Counted from the stretch's first letter, positions 22,620 to 35,605 are shown. The stretch: 64,000 bases of DNA from Felis catus (GCF_018350175.1 NC_058373.1:102488001-102552000), one strand, 5' to 3'. The notes: generated by a model from the sequence alone, not told the origin. A program made the numbers and translations.

Positions 22620-25440
22620 AACTCTGTGCACTTTGGACGATAATGATGTGTTAAGGTAAGCGCCATCATGATAAAGATTGAGATAAGAAAAATCAATAGA
22701 TATTAAATCCTGGGGAAAATTCTAATGAGCAGGGTAACTGCATGGTCTGTCTCTCCACGGACTACTCAGCTGCAAGAAAAGACAAATACAGGAATTCTGC
22801 AGTGGAGAAGGTAAAAAGCATCCTGAGTGGGTGATCAAATTAATATCACCAATGAGGGGACAGGAGGCCACTGTGGCCTCCAGAGTGTCCAGGAAACACT
22901 CCTGCCCAGGCAGTGTTCCAGCCTAGAATGCACAGAATTCCTAGAGTCTCAATACAGGAAAACATCAAATTCAGAACCAAAGTTCTATTAAAACAAAGGG
23001 AAAAATGTTAATGTTGTAAAAGACAAAGTAGGCTATGAGCACGTTCCAGATTTAAAGAAGGTTAAAGAAACACAGCAACTAAGTCCAACACCAGACTCTA
23101 GACTGGATCCTGTACTAGAGGGGACAGTACAATAAAGGACATTAATCTAGTCCACAGACAAAATGGGCAGATGGGCGGTAGATTAAAATATTCTATCAAT
23201 GTGAAATTTGCTAATGTTGGTAACTGTACTATGGTCAAGCAGGAAAATATCCCTATTTTTAGGAGATATATGAAGAAGTATTTAGGAGTCAAGAGCCATG
23301 AGGTATACATAACCTATCCTCATAGCGTTCAGGAAAAAAAAAAAAGTGTGTGTATTTTTAGAGAGATCGCACAAATGATAAAGCAAGCAGGGTAGAACAG
23401 TAACAAAGGTGAGTCTGGGTAAAGGGTATATGTCTTTGTACTACTATTATTTTTTGCAATTTTGAATATATTTGCAAGTTTGTATTTCAAAAAAAAAAAA
23501 AGTTTATGTTGGATTCTGGATGGAATCCTCAGTTCAGTTGATCTCAATGGAAACAGAAAATCCCACCCAAGTTCCAGTAACAATCTCTCCAAAGCCTTGA
23601 TTGTGGCTGAGGCAGGTGTGAAAGAGGACTTTTGAAGCTCTAGCTCCTCCTGGCTCAAAGACCACAGACTCGAATGTCATGAGCCTGGCTGTGTACACAG
23701 ACTTCCGTCAGACAGAGCCCCCTGATGCTAACTGGAGCACTGACTCAAGGGTGAGTCCACAGAAAGCTTCAGACCCTCCAAAGAAATCTGCCCCCAGTAG
23801 AAGAGTGCCTGTTTTTCTGAACCACCACCAATACTGAGTAGCATCAGTCCTTTCCATTTTTCCAAACTGATGGGTGAAAACTGGAAAGCTGTTTTGAATT
23901 ACACTTCTTTATTCTCAGTTGAGGCTGAAGATTTTCATTTGAATATGGACCAGTTGCATTTTTTGTGTGTGAACTGCCTATATCAATCCATTGTCTACTT
24001 TTTATTAGGTTTGCCTTTCTTTTACAGATTTGAAGGGGTTTTTTTGAAAGATTTCTTCAAGTAGTCTAGATTTGAATCCCTTGTCTGCTATATAGATTCC
24101 AAAGGGTATCTGTTGCTTGTCTTTTTGGCTTTGTGTATGGTATCTGGTATTCTACCAGAGGCATTTAGAGGTTTGACATAGTAAAATATGTAACTCTTTT
24201 CCTTCCTTCATGGGTTTTGGACTTTGTGGCTTGTGTGGGAATTCCCTCCCCACCCTGTGATTATAAAACACTGTCTTTTCTCCTAGTTATTTTCTAGGTT
24301 TTTTGTTTTTGTTTTTTTTTTTTTTTTAAATAAAATAAGGTCTTTGTTTCATCTGGGTGGAATGTGGTATGAATTCGACTTTCTCCCTGTATGAATACCC
24401 AACTAAGCTCACCATTGTTGAGCTATTATTATCTGACGCAGCACGCTACCCCTATCACCTATTCTCTGCATATACAGGGTTTGCTTCTGGACTCTATTCT
24501 CGTCTCACTGCTCCACCTACTTGCATGCTAACAGCACCTTGTTTTCATTACCTTTATATGCTGCGTTAAAAGGGGCCAAGCTCATCCTTTACTATTCTTT
24601 TTCACAATTTCCTTGCAGACTGTGCTTCTAGTTCAACTTCAGAATTAGCCTGTCAAAGTTCCAATAAACATCTGTTGAAATTCTGATCAGGTTTCCTTTT
24701 GGGGAGAAGTAGCACTTTTATAATACTCAGCCTTCCTATTTCTAGACAATCCTAAGGGTCTTCACTGCCTCAGGCATTCTTTCATTCAGTCCCACACCTC
24801 ATACAGTGCCTGGCAAACATTCAAGAGATGTGTGTTGCATAATTTTAAGTTTCATATTCCCTTCATATAGGTTTGCATATATTTTGTAAAGGTTATTCCT
24901 ATACATAGTTTTTGTTGCTACAATAAAAGGAATCTTGTTTTTCATTTTTTCATTGTATCCTCTGACTAGTTGCTGGCGTATAAGAAAGCAGCGGCTCTTT
25001 GTATGGTGGCCTTGAATCCGGTCACCATTCTGAAGTATCATTTCTAATAGTTTTAGTTCTCCTAAGTGTCCAGTTCAGTAATCATATCCTCTACAATAAT
25101 GTCAATTTAGTTTCTTTCCAATATAAACATAGCTTACTTCTCTGTAAAAATGTTTTGCCTCACCTAGGCCCCCAGAGCAACGTTAACATAGCAGTGATAA
25201 CAGGCATCCTTGTTTATTCCCGGCTAGAGAGGAATTCTTTTATCAAACATCTATATAAGTAAAATGTCATCATAGCCTTTTCTGTAGGTTTATGGTAGAT
25301 ATCTATAGATATTTGTTTATAATTCATTTTTAATTTGCAAGTAGTTTTAACTATTAATAGGAACTGGATTTTATTCACTGCTTTTGTGGCATCTATCAAG
25401 CTGACCTCACATGTTTTTTCTTCTTTAATCTGTTAATGTG
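22620..25440. mobile_element. Heavily decayed ancient L1 (L1MC/L1ME-like) fragments in both orientations
   Basis: Motifs such as aactgtactatggt...atccctatttttagg and cctctacaataatgtcaatttagtttctt...cagtgataacaggcatccttgt; boundaries approximate. Confidence 0.5.
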
Positions 25441-26839
25441 ATGAAGTGGTATATACTGGTTAAAAAGAAGGAGTGTCTACTACTTTCTGGAGTCAGATGG
25501 GTGCTGGGACCCTGGCTCCACTACTTTCATGCCTCTGTGACCATGGGCATGAATTACTTGACCGTGCTAAGCTTCAGTTTCCACCCGCTCTGTAAAATAG
25601 GAGTAATAATCCCACTTGTGATTTAAGGCATGTCAGGCAGTTGGCCCAGTGTCAATAAATATTGGCTCAATAAATATTTGTTCTTATTATAAAGGATCAC
25701 TATCCTAACGTTGAACCCTTTACAAATAAGGTAGAGAGAATGGCAACCAAACCCACAGAAATCAGCCACTAAAACTGGAGAGGATTTCTAACAGGTTTGT
25801 GTGGCTCGTGAACCAATAGATGGAACGTAAGGTGAGGGGCATGAACTCCCCTATAAAACGGCACAAAATTCTGGTGTGTGTGCTATTTCCTGGAGAGAGT
25901 ACATAGCTTTTTCCAAAGAGTTCTATGTCTTAGGAAAGTTACTGTTTTAGGTGGGGGGAGATACACAAGCCAGTGGTTAAGGGCAGATCACCACAAAAGT
26001 TCACTGCAACGTGGAGGAAGCCAGACATCCTGGCCAGTGGAGCGGGTACCCCTTGAGCCTTGGTTCCAGTGTCAAAGCAAATGAACATGGGAAAGGGCCT
26101 CCCCAAAATAACTTTCCCACCTTCTTTTTTTCTTTGTTCTCTTTCAAAAGTGCCAATACCTGAACCAAGTCAGATCTGCAGAAACGTGGAGACCTTCAAG
26201 AGCAAGGGAAGAAGTGCTCAGAGAGGGCCGCTTGGATGACACCAAAGAAAAGCCTCATCTGTGTCCTGCTTTTATGGGCTGAGAGACTAGAAAGAGCCCA
26301 CTGACTAGTCCTGGTTGGTGTTTTTTGTTACTGACACCTGTTTTTAAGCTAATAGATTTTAAACTACTTCACTCCATAAACTTCTAACAAGTTTTACATC
26401 CAACAAATGGTGGCCAGATCAAGAAAAAGAAAATTGGGAAGAATGGTGGGAGGAGCGAGCGGGCATGAAAGCAAATGCACAGGAAATGGGGTAGACCCCT
26501 CCACGGGGCTGGGAAGAAACTGACGTGGATTCAAAGAAAGGGCTTTTGGTCTTCAAGGACAGCACCAGGAGGCCCCGCTCCAGAAACAGTTGGGTTCTTC
26601 CCTTTTGTTTTAGGTGTTAAAAATGTTGGATATTAATTTTCTAAGAAATGATTTTTTAAGGACCATAAAGACGCAAACAGGATTAGCCTCTGGTTTCCTC
26701 CTGTGCGGGACTGGATTATTTTTATCCTTTTTGGAGACTAGGGGTGGGGGACAGGCCCCTGTACTCTGCCGACACATACAACTCTCCTTAGAAGTATTCA
26801 CAACACCACCATTTAGAAAAAAGCAAACACCCTTCTTAC

Positions 26840-26925
26840 CTGCCCAGGTGTTCAGAGTTCGGACTAACCAGGTACATGAGATTCCTGAGAGTATGCAGTG
26901 GTTGTAACTGATCTAAATTTACATG
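26840..26925 (-). CDS. ATG14: ATG14 exon 9 (86 nt)
   Basis: ttctag|CAT GTA AAT TTA... = HVNLDQLQPLHTLRNLMYLVSPNSEHLG(R); donor AG|GTAAGA. Confidence 0.96.
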
Positions 26926-27002
26926 CTAGAAAAAGCAAAAAATTGATTAATATTTTCAACCATGTATCAAATTAAAAATTAGCTCACAGTGTGTTTCCAT
27001 AC

Positions 27003-27093
27003 CTGAGAAAAGCAGAGATAAAGAATATTTGCATTCAGTTTCTTCACTGCTCGAGTAAATTTCTGTCTGCTGAGATTTTCCCCACAAAATTCG
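27003..27093 (-). CDS. ATG14: ATG14 exon 8 (91 nt)
   Basis: ttccag|C GAA TTT TGT GGG... = [30 protein letters not shown]; donor AG|GTATGG. Confidence 0.96.
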
Positions 27094-28001
27094 CTGGAAA
27101 ACAAACACACAATTCATAAAGTTTTTTTTTTTTTTTTTTTTGAGGAAATTCTGTTAAAATACCTATTTTGAGGAGTATATTTTACCCCACAGTTCAGTAC
27201 AAAACTGAATTTCCTTTGCCTCTTTATAAGCTATACTAACCAGAAACTTTCTAAAAATGAACTACTGCCCTCATGAGCAATTTCACCGCCATCTATAAAA
27301 ATTACAAATGCATACACCCTCTAACCAAGCAATTCTGCTTCTGAAAAATTTCTGAACAGTAATGAAATGACAAATGTACAAGATTATTCCATGAAGTATA
27401 AATAGGGGACTGGTAAGATCCTGGCACATTTACATGGAGAAGCCTCTGCTGTCTACTCCATGCAGGACAGCCGAAGGCTCACAACGGCCCTCCGAGGCCC
27501 ACCAGATGTGCACCTCCACCTTCACTCTCCGCAGGGCTTTCTCTTCGCCCGCAGCCTCTCCCTCGGGGACCCCCATGGCTTGCTCCCCTCCTCCCTCAGG
27601 GTCACAGGTGATCACACACCTGCCCGCTCACGCACAAGCATTTCCCTACCTCCCCACTCCCACTCTTTCACCCTGCTTGAACGTGCTCCACAGTATTTAT
27701 TACCATCTGACACACACACCCCTTATTTATCATTCATCCCTCTGTTAGAATAAAGTGCCACTCGGGCAGGGATTCTATTTTCATCACCACTGTACCCGCT
27801 CAGTGCCCAGAACAAGGCTCAAATATTTATTAAACACTCAAAAAGCAAGGTGCAAAACACCTTAGTATAGTATAATACCTTTTGTTTAAAAGAGGAGAGA
27901 GATGGTAATACAGACTTACATTGGTTTGAAATGTAAGGATAACTGGACAGGGGTAGGAAGGTCATAGTAGGAACTGAGTAGATTGTAAACCGTTACATTT
28001 G

Positions 28002-28114
28002 TTTTTTTTTAAGATTTTATTTTTAAGTTGTCTCTACACCCAACATGGGGCTCGAACTCACAACCCTGAGATCAAGAATCACATGCTCCTTCGACTGAGC
28101 CAGCCAGGCACCTC
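28002..28114 (-). mobile_element. Short Can-SINE
   Basis: gggctcgaactcacaaccctgagatcaagaatc...ctgagccagccaggcacc. Confidence 0.85.
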
Positions 28115-28470
28115 TAACTTTTTTTTTTTTTTTTAATTTTAAACCATATTTTTTTCTTTTACAAAGTTGAAAAAAAATACCTAAGTGTCACAATTTACCC
28201 AGTTCTTCCACATGAGCATACCCTCTGGATATCCTGGGTTTTCTTTCAATTATTTTTCTAAGTGGGAGAATTCTCTGTGGTCTTTTTAAAGAGTTCATGT
28301 GCAATTATAAGATACTGAAGCAAACTTGCACGTTAGGCTTTTGAAATTAATCTCAGTTTTTCACAGTTAGTAATACTTAAATTCCTGTTTTTGGTTTAGT
28401 TAGAATAAGAAGACAACAGGAACACAAGAGATCTAAGATAAGGATGACGTCGCCACCTTTAATTACTTGC

Positions 28471-28588
28471 CTGTTGCACAGCTTTTTGGGAAGATTTATG
28501 TCAAGTATATGAGACAAAATGTTGACCAGCTGAGTCGCATAGCACAACGCAGCGCTGATCGTGTAAGCGGGGTTACTGTGCTCCATGT
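28471..28588 (-). CDS. ATG14: ATG14 exon 7 (118 nt), GC donor
   Basis: ctcag|AC ATG GAG CAC... = (D)[38 protein letters not shown](S); frame continuity with exon 8 requires AG|GCAAGT. Confidence 0.94.
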
Positions 28589-29369
28589 CTGAGTAGAAAA
28601 ACAATCATACACAAACAACTTTAATTTCAACAAAAAATACCAATGAACCTAGGTTTCATGATTTGTAATTTAATCATTATGCTGTTGATGGTTATGTTTT
28701 GATCCTTACTTACAAAGGGTTCATGGCCAGACATTAATGTTTCATCATTTATGGTTTTGTGCTGAGTAGAATGTAACCTAAGCATATGGGCCTAAGCAGG
28801 CACAACATAAATGAAATTAAAGTCTGAACTGCTTGGACCTGAGGAGGTATTATTTATCAAAGCAGTCAGTTAATGCTCAACTTAAGTGTCACCTTCTCGG
28901 AGAGGCCTCCCCTGACTGCCCTGTGGAAAAGCAGTCCCTTCCTGTGTAGCCCCACCCCACAAATGGTGCTGGATCTGTCCAGGACACACACTCAGTAAGA
29001 TGCCTTTGATCAGTGCTTGCTTCCTGTCCTTCTACCCACAGAAAGGCAAAGGGCTACACCCGTCTTGGTGACATCGCCCTTGTGTCACCAGCACCCAGCA
29101 CTGTGCGTGACAGAAAGCACATACTCACTATACATTTGCTAAATGACTAAATGAACAATCTTCTTTCCACCAAAGAAACCTATAGGGGTTTTTAAGGGTT
29201 TTTCTATTAGGGTACTTCTATCTCCATGTAGGCCTGCTAAAAACAAGTTCTTTACAAAGAAACTCTAAAAACGGGATTCACAACACGCTAAATATACTAA
29301 CTAGTGAAGTCTTTTATATAAATAGAGCAATATCGTCCCCTAAAAGGTGAAATATCTAAAAAATATTTC

Positions 29370-30210
29370 AATCCATCCACTGACTGGATATAAAACGTGG
29401 TATATCCACATTACATACAATAGAATACTATTCAGTTATAAAAAGAATGAAATGCTAATACATGCTACAATATGGATGAACCTTGAAAACATCATGCTAT
29501 GTAAAAAAATCGAGACACAGAAGGCCACACATATATGAGCCTATTTTTATGAAATATTCAAAACAGGCACATCTCTAGAGACAGAAAACTACAGATCTTC
29601 CTTGACTTATGATGGGGCTGTGCCTTGATACACCCATAACTTAGCCTGGCCTGCCTTACACAGGTCCAGAACACTTCCATTAGCCTACAGCTCGGCAAAA
29701 TCATCTACCACAAAGCCTGTTTATAATAAAGTGTTGACTATCTCATGCTACGTAATGAATACCGTACAGAAAGGGAAACACCGAACAGTCATCAGTGCGT
29801 CTACCAGCTGTTGACCCTCGTGACTGCGTGGCTGCCTGGAAGCTATGGCCACCAGTGCCCAGCATCACGGGAGGGTATGTACCACATCTCACTAGCCCAG
29901 GAAAAGATCAAAATTCAAAGCGTGGTTTCTACTGAATGTGTATGGCTTTTATACCACCATAACGTCAAAAAATCCTAAGGTGAACCACTGTAAGTTAGGA
30001 TCATCTGTAGGGGTTGCCAAGGGCTGGGAAGAGAGGGGACGGGGGAGACAGTTTCATGCCCCGGAGTTTCCGTTTGGGGTGATAAAAGTGCTCTGGAACT
30101 AAACAGAGGTGGTAACTGCACAATACTGTGAACGTACTAATGTCCCTGAATTTTTTACACTTTAAAACTGTTCATCTTGTTAGGTCAATTCTAGCTCAAT
30201 TAAAAAAATA
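29370..30210 (+). mobile_element. Old L1M-type 3' end split by a DNA transposon
   Basis: atacatgctacaatatggatgaaccttgaaaacatcatgct... resumes after 30008 with ggttgccaagggctggg. Confidence 0.75.
29592..30007. mobile_element. Tc1/mariner-Tigger non-autonomous element (MER47-like)
   Basis: Degenerate TIRs CAGATCTTCCTTGACTTA / reverse complement CAGATGATCCTAACTTA, flanked by TA on both sides (29590-29591, 30008-30009). Confidence 0.8.
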
Positions 30211-30252
30211 CATATACTTATAAAAGTTTTCAGAGACTATTTTGTTTCTCAC

Positions 30253-30482
30253 CAGGCCCCTGTGTGGTTTTCTTCTCTTCTACCCAATTGTAGTAGGCAG
30301 AGTAGTCCCCATTGTTGGGAAGGCTAATCCAAGGCCCTGTAATGCTAATGCTGGTGTCCCCGTTGTGATCATCACAGACCCATCTCCCGGAGAGGTAAGT
30401 CGTCCTCCGGGCTTCGGCAAGCTTGCTCACAGTGCTGGAGGTCATGGCACTGTCACTCTCTGAGGACACATCTGCAGGATCT
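30253..30482 (-). CDS. ATG14: ATG14 exon 6 (230 nt)
   Basis: tttag|A GAT CCT GCA... = [26 protein letters not shown]...EEKKTTQGP; donor G|GTGAGA. Confidence 0.96.
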
Positions 30483-30719
30483 CTAAAAATCAGAACATGC
30501 ATACAGATTTCAAGGGACTAGGTTTTAAAGAGCATGCAAGATACTTGCCTTGTACACAGAACGATGGAAGATGCACACACAAGGAAGCGAAGTGGGACAT
30601 ACAGAGGTAAGTCATTCTATCAGAGATGAAGCTCAAAGCAGCTGTGGCACAGAAGCCCCCAGCAGGGTGGCAAAGATGCCACCCAAAGCCAGGGCCTCAA
30701 GTATCAAGGCCTCAAACGA

Positions 30720-31736
30720 TTTGGTCTCAAGACCCCTTCGCATGCTTACAATTTTTTGAGGACCCCAAAGAGCTTTTGTGTACGTGGGTTAAACTACGGA
30801 TATTTACTTGTATTAGAAATCAGAAAAGAACTTAAATTATTAATTCATTTGGAAATAATAAGGCTATTACAAGTTAACATAGTATTTTTTGTGTTTTTTT
30901 TAAATTTTTTAATATTTATTTTTTGAGAGAGATAGAGTACAAATGAGGTAGGTACAAAGAGAGAGGGAGACACAGAATCTGAAGCAGGCTCCAGGCTCTG
31001 AGCTCCCGCACACAGCCCGATGCGGGGCTCGAACCCACAGACCGTGAGATCATGACCTGAGCCGAAGTCGGACACTCAACCAACTGAGCCACCCAGGTGC
31101 CCCTATCATAGTCTATTTTTAAGGGAAAAAAAAAAAATCTGTACTTTTCCAAACAAGAAAATTAGTGAAGAGTGACACTGTCCGCTGACGGGCTGAAACA
31201 CACAGCACAGCACAGCGCTGCTGGTCAGGACTTCTGGAAATCTCTTGAACACCCAGATCTTGCATATGTTCTGTCAAGTGAGAATAGGGTCCCGTGAAAA
31301 AACCAACTAGTTCCACTTGCAACTCACTCAAGTGCTTTTTCTTAAGCCAATTGTGGCACTTCAGTAAGGAGCAACAGAGCTTCTGCATACTTCCCATTTC
31401 ATCATGTGGTTTATTAAAAAGATGAGTACACAAGGGTCAAGACTTAATAAAATTTATAAAAATAATAATTTCTACTGCTTCCTCAAGAACATTCTTGATG
31501 GGAAACACTTTTTCAAAACTTGCGAGTACATGGTGGAATACAATGACTAGTAACACAGCTGGTTATCCCTGCCTAGACATCTGTTAAGGCACCAGAGTTT
31601 TCACCCACGATGGCTTCCGAGCCACTAGTGCAAATGTCAACACAGTGAAAAAGGAACAGTGTTACTATTATAAAAATACTTCTGACTGCACGGACGCCCT
31701 GAGAGGTCCACAGACGACCCTTTGAGAATGGCTGGC
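30720..31736. mobile_element. hAT-Charlie-like DNA transposon relic containing a SINE
   Basis: ggtctcaagaccccttc...ttgaggaccccaaagagc at left, ccctttgagaatggctg at right; family assigned from recall. Confidence 0.55.
30895..31103 (-). mobile_element. Can-SINE
   Basis: Full body ending ctgagccacccaggtgccc; degenerate TSD catagt(c)tatttt. Confidence 0.9.
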
Positions 31737-32321
31737 CTGAAGAGAAGAACAGAATGACAGATCCGAGCAGCCCCAGATGCACCACGGTGGAAGAACACAG
31801 TGTGTCTGGGGAGGGGAGATGATCAGTGTGGTTGTGTGTAGGATTCACGAGGGAAGTGCCAGGAGATGATGCTGGAAAAGTAGGTGGGAAACTGGCAGAC
31901 TGGGAAGAGTCTTCCATACTGCTCTAAGTTTAGGTTCTGTTCTCTTAGCCAGTGGCTCTCAATCCTTTCTCCTTCTGCCACAGCGCACCTGCAAAGTAAC
32001 TCCTCCTGGCTGGCACAGGGAAGACTGGGCGTGAGGGCACCACTGCCAGTTCTAAGCTGTACCTCTACTTCCTTCTTCCACTTAAGGAAGTTTGAGAAAT
32101 GTGAATGAACAAGATATCTTATTATAGGAATAATTTCAAAACTATCCGCCTAAAAAAAGTTGTAGCATATAATAATACACATTATTACACAAGACTTAAG
32201 CAGCACAGGTACAGAGGAGAAAGTTTTTCTCCATGTTTTCTCTTTTGCAACTTTGTATGCCATTGTCCGTCTTCTTAGTCTCCTAAAATCTGAGACAGTG
32301 TCTTAAGACAGTGTCTCTGTT

Positions 32322-33143
32322 GGGGTGCCTGGGTGGCTCAGTCGGTTAAGCATCCAACTTTGGCTCAGGTCATGATCTCACAGTTCGTGGGTTCGAACCC
32401 CGTGTCAGTCTCTGTGCTGACAGCTCAGAGCCTGGAGCCTGCTTTGATTCTGTGTCTGCCCCTCGCCTACTCACACTGTCTCTCTCTCTCAAAAATAAAA
32501 AAACATTAAAAAAAAAAAAGTGTCTGTTTACTGTAATGTGTTTTAACAATGATATCTTCGCCTACCAGAATCTAATTTATTTTATTTTTGAGAGAGAGAC
32601 AGAGTGTGAGTGGGGGAGAGGCAGAGAGAGGGAGACACAGAATCTGAATCCAGGCTGAGCTGTCAGCACAGACCCTGATGAGGGGCTCGAACCCACAAAC
32701 CATGAGATCATGACCTGAGCCAAAGTGAGACACTCAACTGACTGAGCCACCCAGTCACCCCTATCAGAATCTAATTTAGCATCGGGACACCTGGCTGGCT
32801 CAGTCGGAAGAGCATAGGACTCTTGATCCTGGGGTTGTGAGGTTGAGACCCATGTTGGGCATAGAGATTACTAAAAAAATAAACTTAAAAAAAAAAAAAA
32901 AAGAATCTAGCATAACATTTCTGTTTTTTCAGCTTTTTCCTCCCCAAAGACCTGATCACCTGTTTTTATTTGTTTTTTTAATGTTTGAGAGAGCAAGCGA
33001 GCAAGTGAGCCCACACATGCGTGTTGGGGTGGGGGGAGGGAGGCAGAGAGAGAGGGAGACAGATAATTCAACTCAAACTCACAAATGTGACATCATGACC
33101 TGAGCCGAAGTCGGACATTTAACTGAGCCACCCAAGCACCCCT
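32322..33143. mobile_element. Four Can-SINEs in alternating orientation (+ 32322-32519, - 32580-32762, + 32784-32902, - 32962-33143)
   Basis: Separate heads and tails visible; the second has TSD CAGAATCTAATTTA at 32566-32579 and 32765-32778. Confidence 0.88.
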
Positions 33144-34036
33144 GCCGCTGTGCTTGAGGTTTCTAGATAACCCAAATTCTAGACCCAAAAGGCTACCTTA
33201 GAGTCTATTTCTGAACTTTCTGTTCTGCTCTATTTTGAATCTGCCTTTTTGTTTTCATATTTAACAACTATTACTAATGAAAAATTACTTGGTAAGAGTC
33301 AGAGAGCAGGTTTTCAAGTCAGAAGCAACAACCAGACCTTTAGGCTTTTAGGAAGTTAACTCTGCAAGAGCTAAAAGGATACAGTAAAGTAGAGCAAAAT
33401 ATAGTAATAGTCCTAACTAGCAACAGTCCACGGACGGTCCAGGGAAGGGTGCTGGGAAGTGAGGGCAACTGAAAGGGAGAGGAAAATCCTCAACTTGAAG
33501 AGCCTGATGGTTAGTGAGAAAGCAAATGAAACTCCTCAGTGGCAGTTTTCAAACCTCATCATCATCTGGGGAAGGTTAAAAATGAATAAATAAAAGTAAT
33601 GGGAGATGGACTGGGAGGCTGAAGTTGTATCCTCTGGAACCTGTATTTTTCAAACATTCCTGGGTGACTCTAATGAACATCTAGGTGGGGAACTACTGTC
33701 TTGTCCATCCAGTGATTCCAGAGGGTCTCCATGCACTACAGCCTAAGACTAAACTTAGCATCCAATGCTTGAGCGTGGTGGCTAGTTACCAGGAAAAGGC
33801 TCGGATCAGTCAACAAGCAAGCACCCCACTTTTTTGAGGGCCACCGCCCTTCACCTTGGCTGCCTCCCCAATTTCGTGCAGCGTGTACTGTTTGCTGAAG
33901 CAGATAAGACTTCAGTTTCATTACCAGGAAAGCCAATGACCCTAGAATGAACCCAATAAATGAGGTACTGACATGTTTGAAAAATACTTGATCTTTGGAA
34001 CCTGATCTATTCCTAGAGTCAAAAGACTCACCGTAC

Positions 34037-34274
34037 CTCACACTAGTCTTTACTTCCTCGATTGGAAAAATGACAGAGGTGAGCTCTAATATATGAGATC
34101 GCCGAAGATTTGCCAGACGCTCATAATGACTCCTTAAGTCGATGGTTTTTTTTTCTACCAGGTCACCCAGTTTGCGGTTGTGCCTCTGAATCTTCTCCTT
34201 TTTCTCTTGATGCCGCTGTGCTCGAGTATAAAGCTTCTGATTCTTTTCCTTGGTTTTAAGAAGGCCTTCGGAAT
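34037..34274 (-). CDS. ATG14: ATG14 exon 5 (238 nt), coiled-coil region
   Basis: tttag|AT TCC GAA GGC... = [15 protein letters not shown]...[11 protein letters not shown](R); donor AG|GTACGG keeps frame with exon 6. Confidence 0.95.
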
Positions 34275-35320
34275 CTAAAATAAATAAATCACATGCAACA
34301 ATTATCACTACAAATAGTTCCTGGGCAGTGCAGAACCCACCACACAAGCCTAAGCGTCTTCCTGCAGTTTAACTGAAAGCAAAAGCTCATTCAGGTTAAC
34401 TAGATAAAGCTAAATGGAAACTGAGAGTTCAGCTTAAGTAGATTTTACACATAAATCAATGTGGACCACCACTAAAAGGACTCTGGGTCTCCATCTGTAG
34501 TCATCATTTGCAAGAACCACTCAACAGCTATCAAGTTTAAGCTCAGACCAGGCAGTACCTGACTTATGGTAAGCACTGAAGAATAACCACCTTGGGCAGA
34601 AAAGGTATCTAGTGCAAGTTTGAAAAACTTATCGGCCATCTGATTTTCCTGTCCAGCAAGCAGCTATTCTATGCCACATCTGAAGCTCCGCAGAGACAAC
34701 AAAAGCCCAGCCACACAACCAAGAAAGGAGACAGATGCTCATCCTGTCTGATGTATGTCCTTTTCTCGGAGCTCCTTCAGGTTTGGGATTAAGACCTGCT
34801 AGAGTGTTAGGTTGTGACTAAACTTCTCTAAAGTGGCAAAAACAAGTTGTAAAATCTCAGAAAGACGCCTAGAAACAATGTAGGAGGTCAGACAAGTTCA
34901 AAATCAAGCTCATCATTTTCCCACAAAAGCCTCATCTTGATACCTAGGTTCTCTACTTAATGATTACACTTGACCCGCCCACTGCCCAAGTCAGTCCCCT
35001 GCTGGTCAATTCTATGAGCTGATCACTCCATGACAGTTCCTTAGATCTAGGTCTTTCTTTTCATTCCCACTGTTACAGTCTTATTAACTCTCACCCAAAC
35101 CCCATCTCCAGCTTGGCTCCACTCCATGCTGTCACTGGCTCAGTCTTCTTCAACTGTAACCAGTGCCTGGCAGGTCTCCACTGCCAAACACAGACCGACC
35201 TCCCTGGACTTGAGGCCACCCCCACACCGGCACATACCCCACTGTTCCCTTCTGCACACCCTTCATTCAAGCCTCATTCAATTACTAGACACTCCAGACC
35301 TTTTCCACAAAGTGACACTA

Positions 35321-35433
35321 TTTTTTAATTAGAGAGAGAGAGGGAGAGAGGGAGAGATCTCAAACAGGGGAGATGGGCAAAGGGTGAGAGAGAGACAGAG
35401 AGACAGGGAGAGGGAGAGGGAGAGGGAGAGGGA

Positions 35434-35486
<53 letters not shown>

Positions 35487-35605
35487 TCCCAAACAGGCTC
35501 CACACTCAGTGCAGAGCCTGACACCGGGCTCAATCCTACAACCCTGGGGTCATGATCTGAGCCAAAATCAAGAGTTGGATGCTCAACCGAGCCACCCAGG
35601 CTCTC
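35321..35605 (-). mobile_element. Can-SINE with expanded (GA)n/(GGGAGA)n tract
   Basis: SINE body 35482-35605; polypurine tract 35330-35481. Confidence 0.88.

Noticed and set aside
25810..25860. CCAAT plus TATAAAA resembling an antisense promoter
   Set aside because: Lies in what looks like a DNA-transposon relic, with no CpG enrichment or downstream gene.
26105..26155. Plus-strand pyrimidine tract and AG suggesting an antisense exon
   Set aside because: The acceptor is AAAAG rather than YAG and no convincing donor or ORF follows; it cannot be supported without RNA data.
33736..34347. 203-aa ORF as a standalone gene
   Set aside because: It is ATG14 exon 5 plus open intronic flanks.
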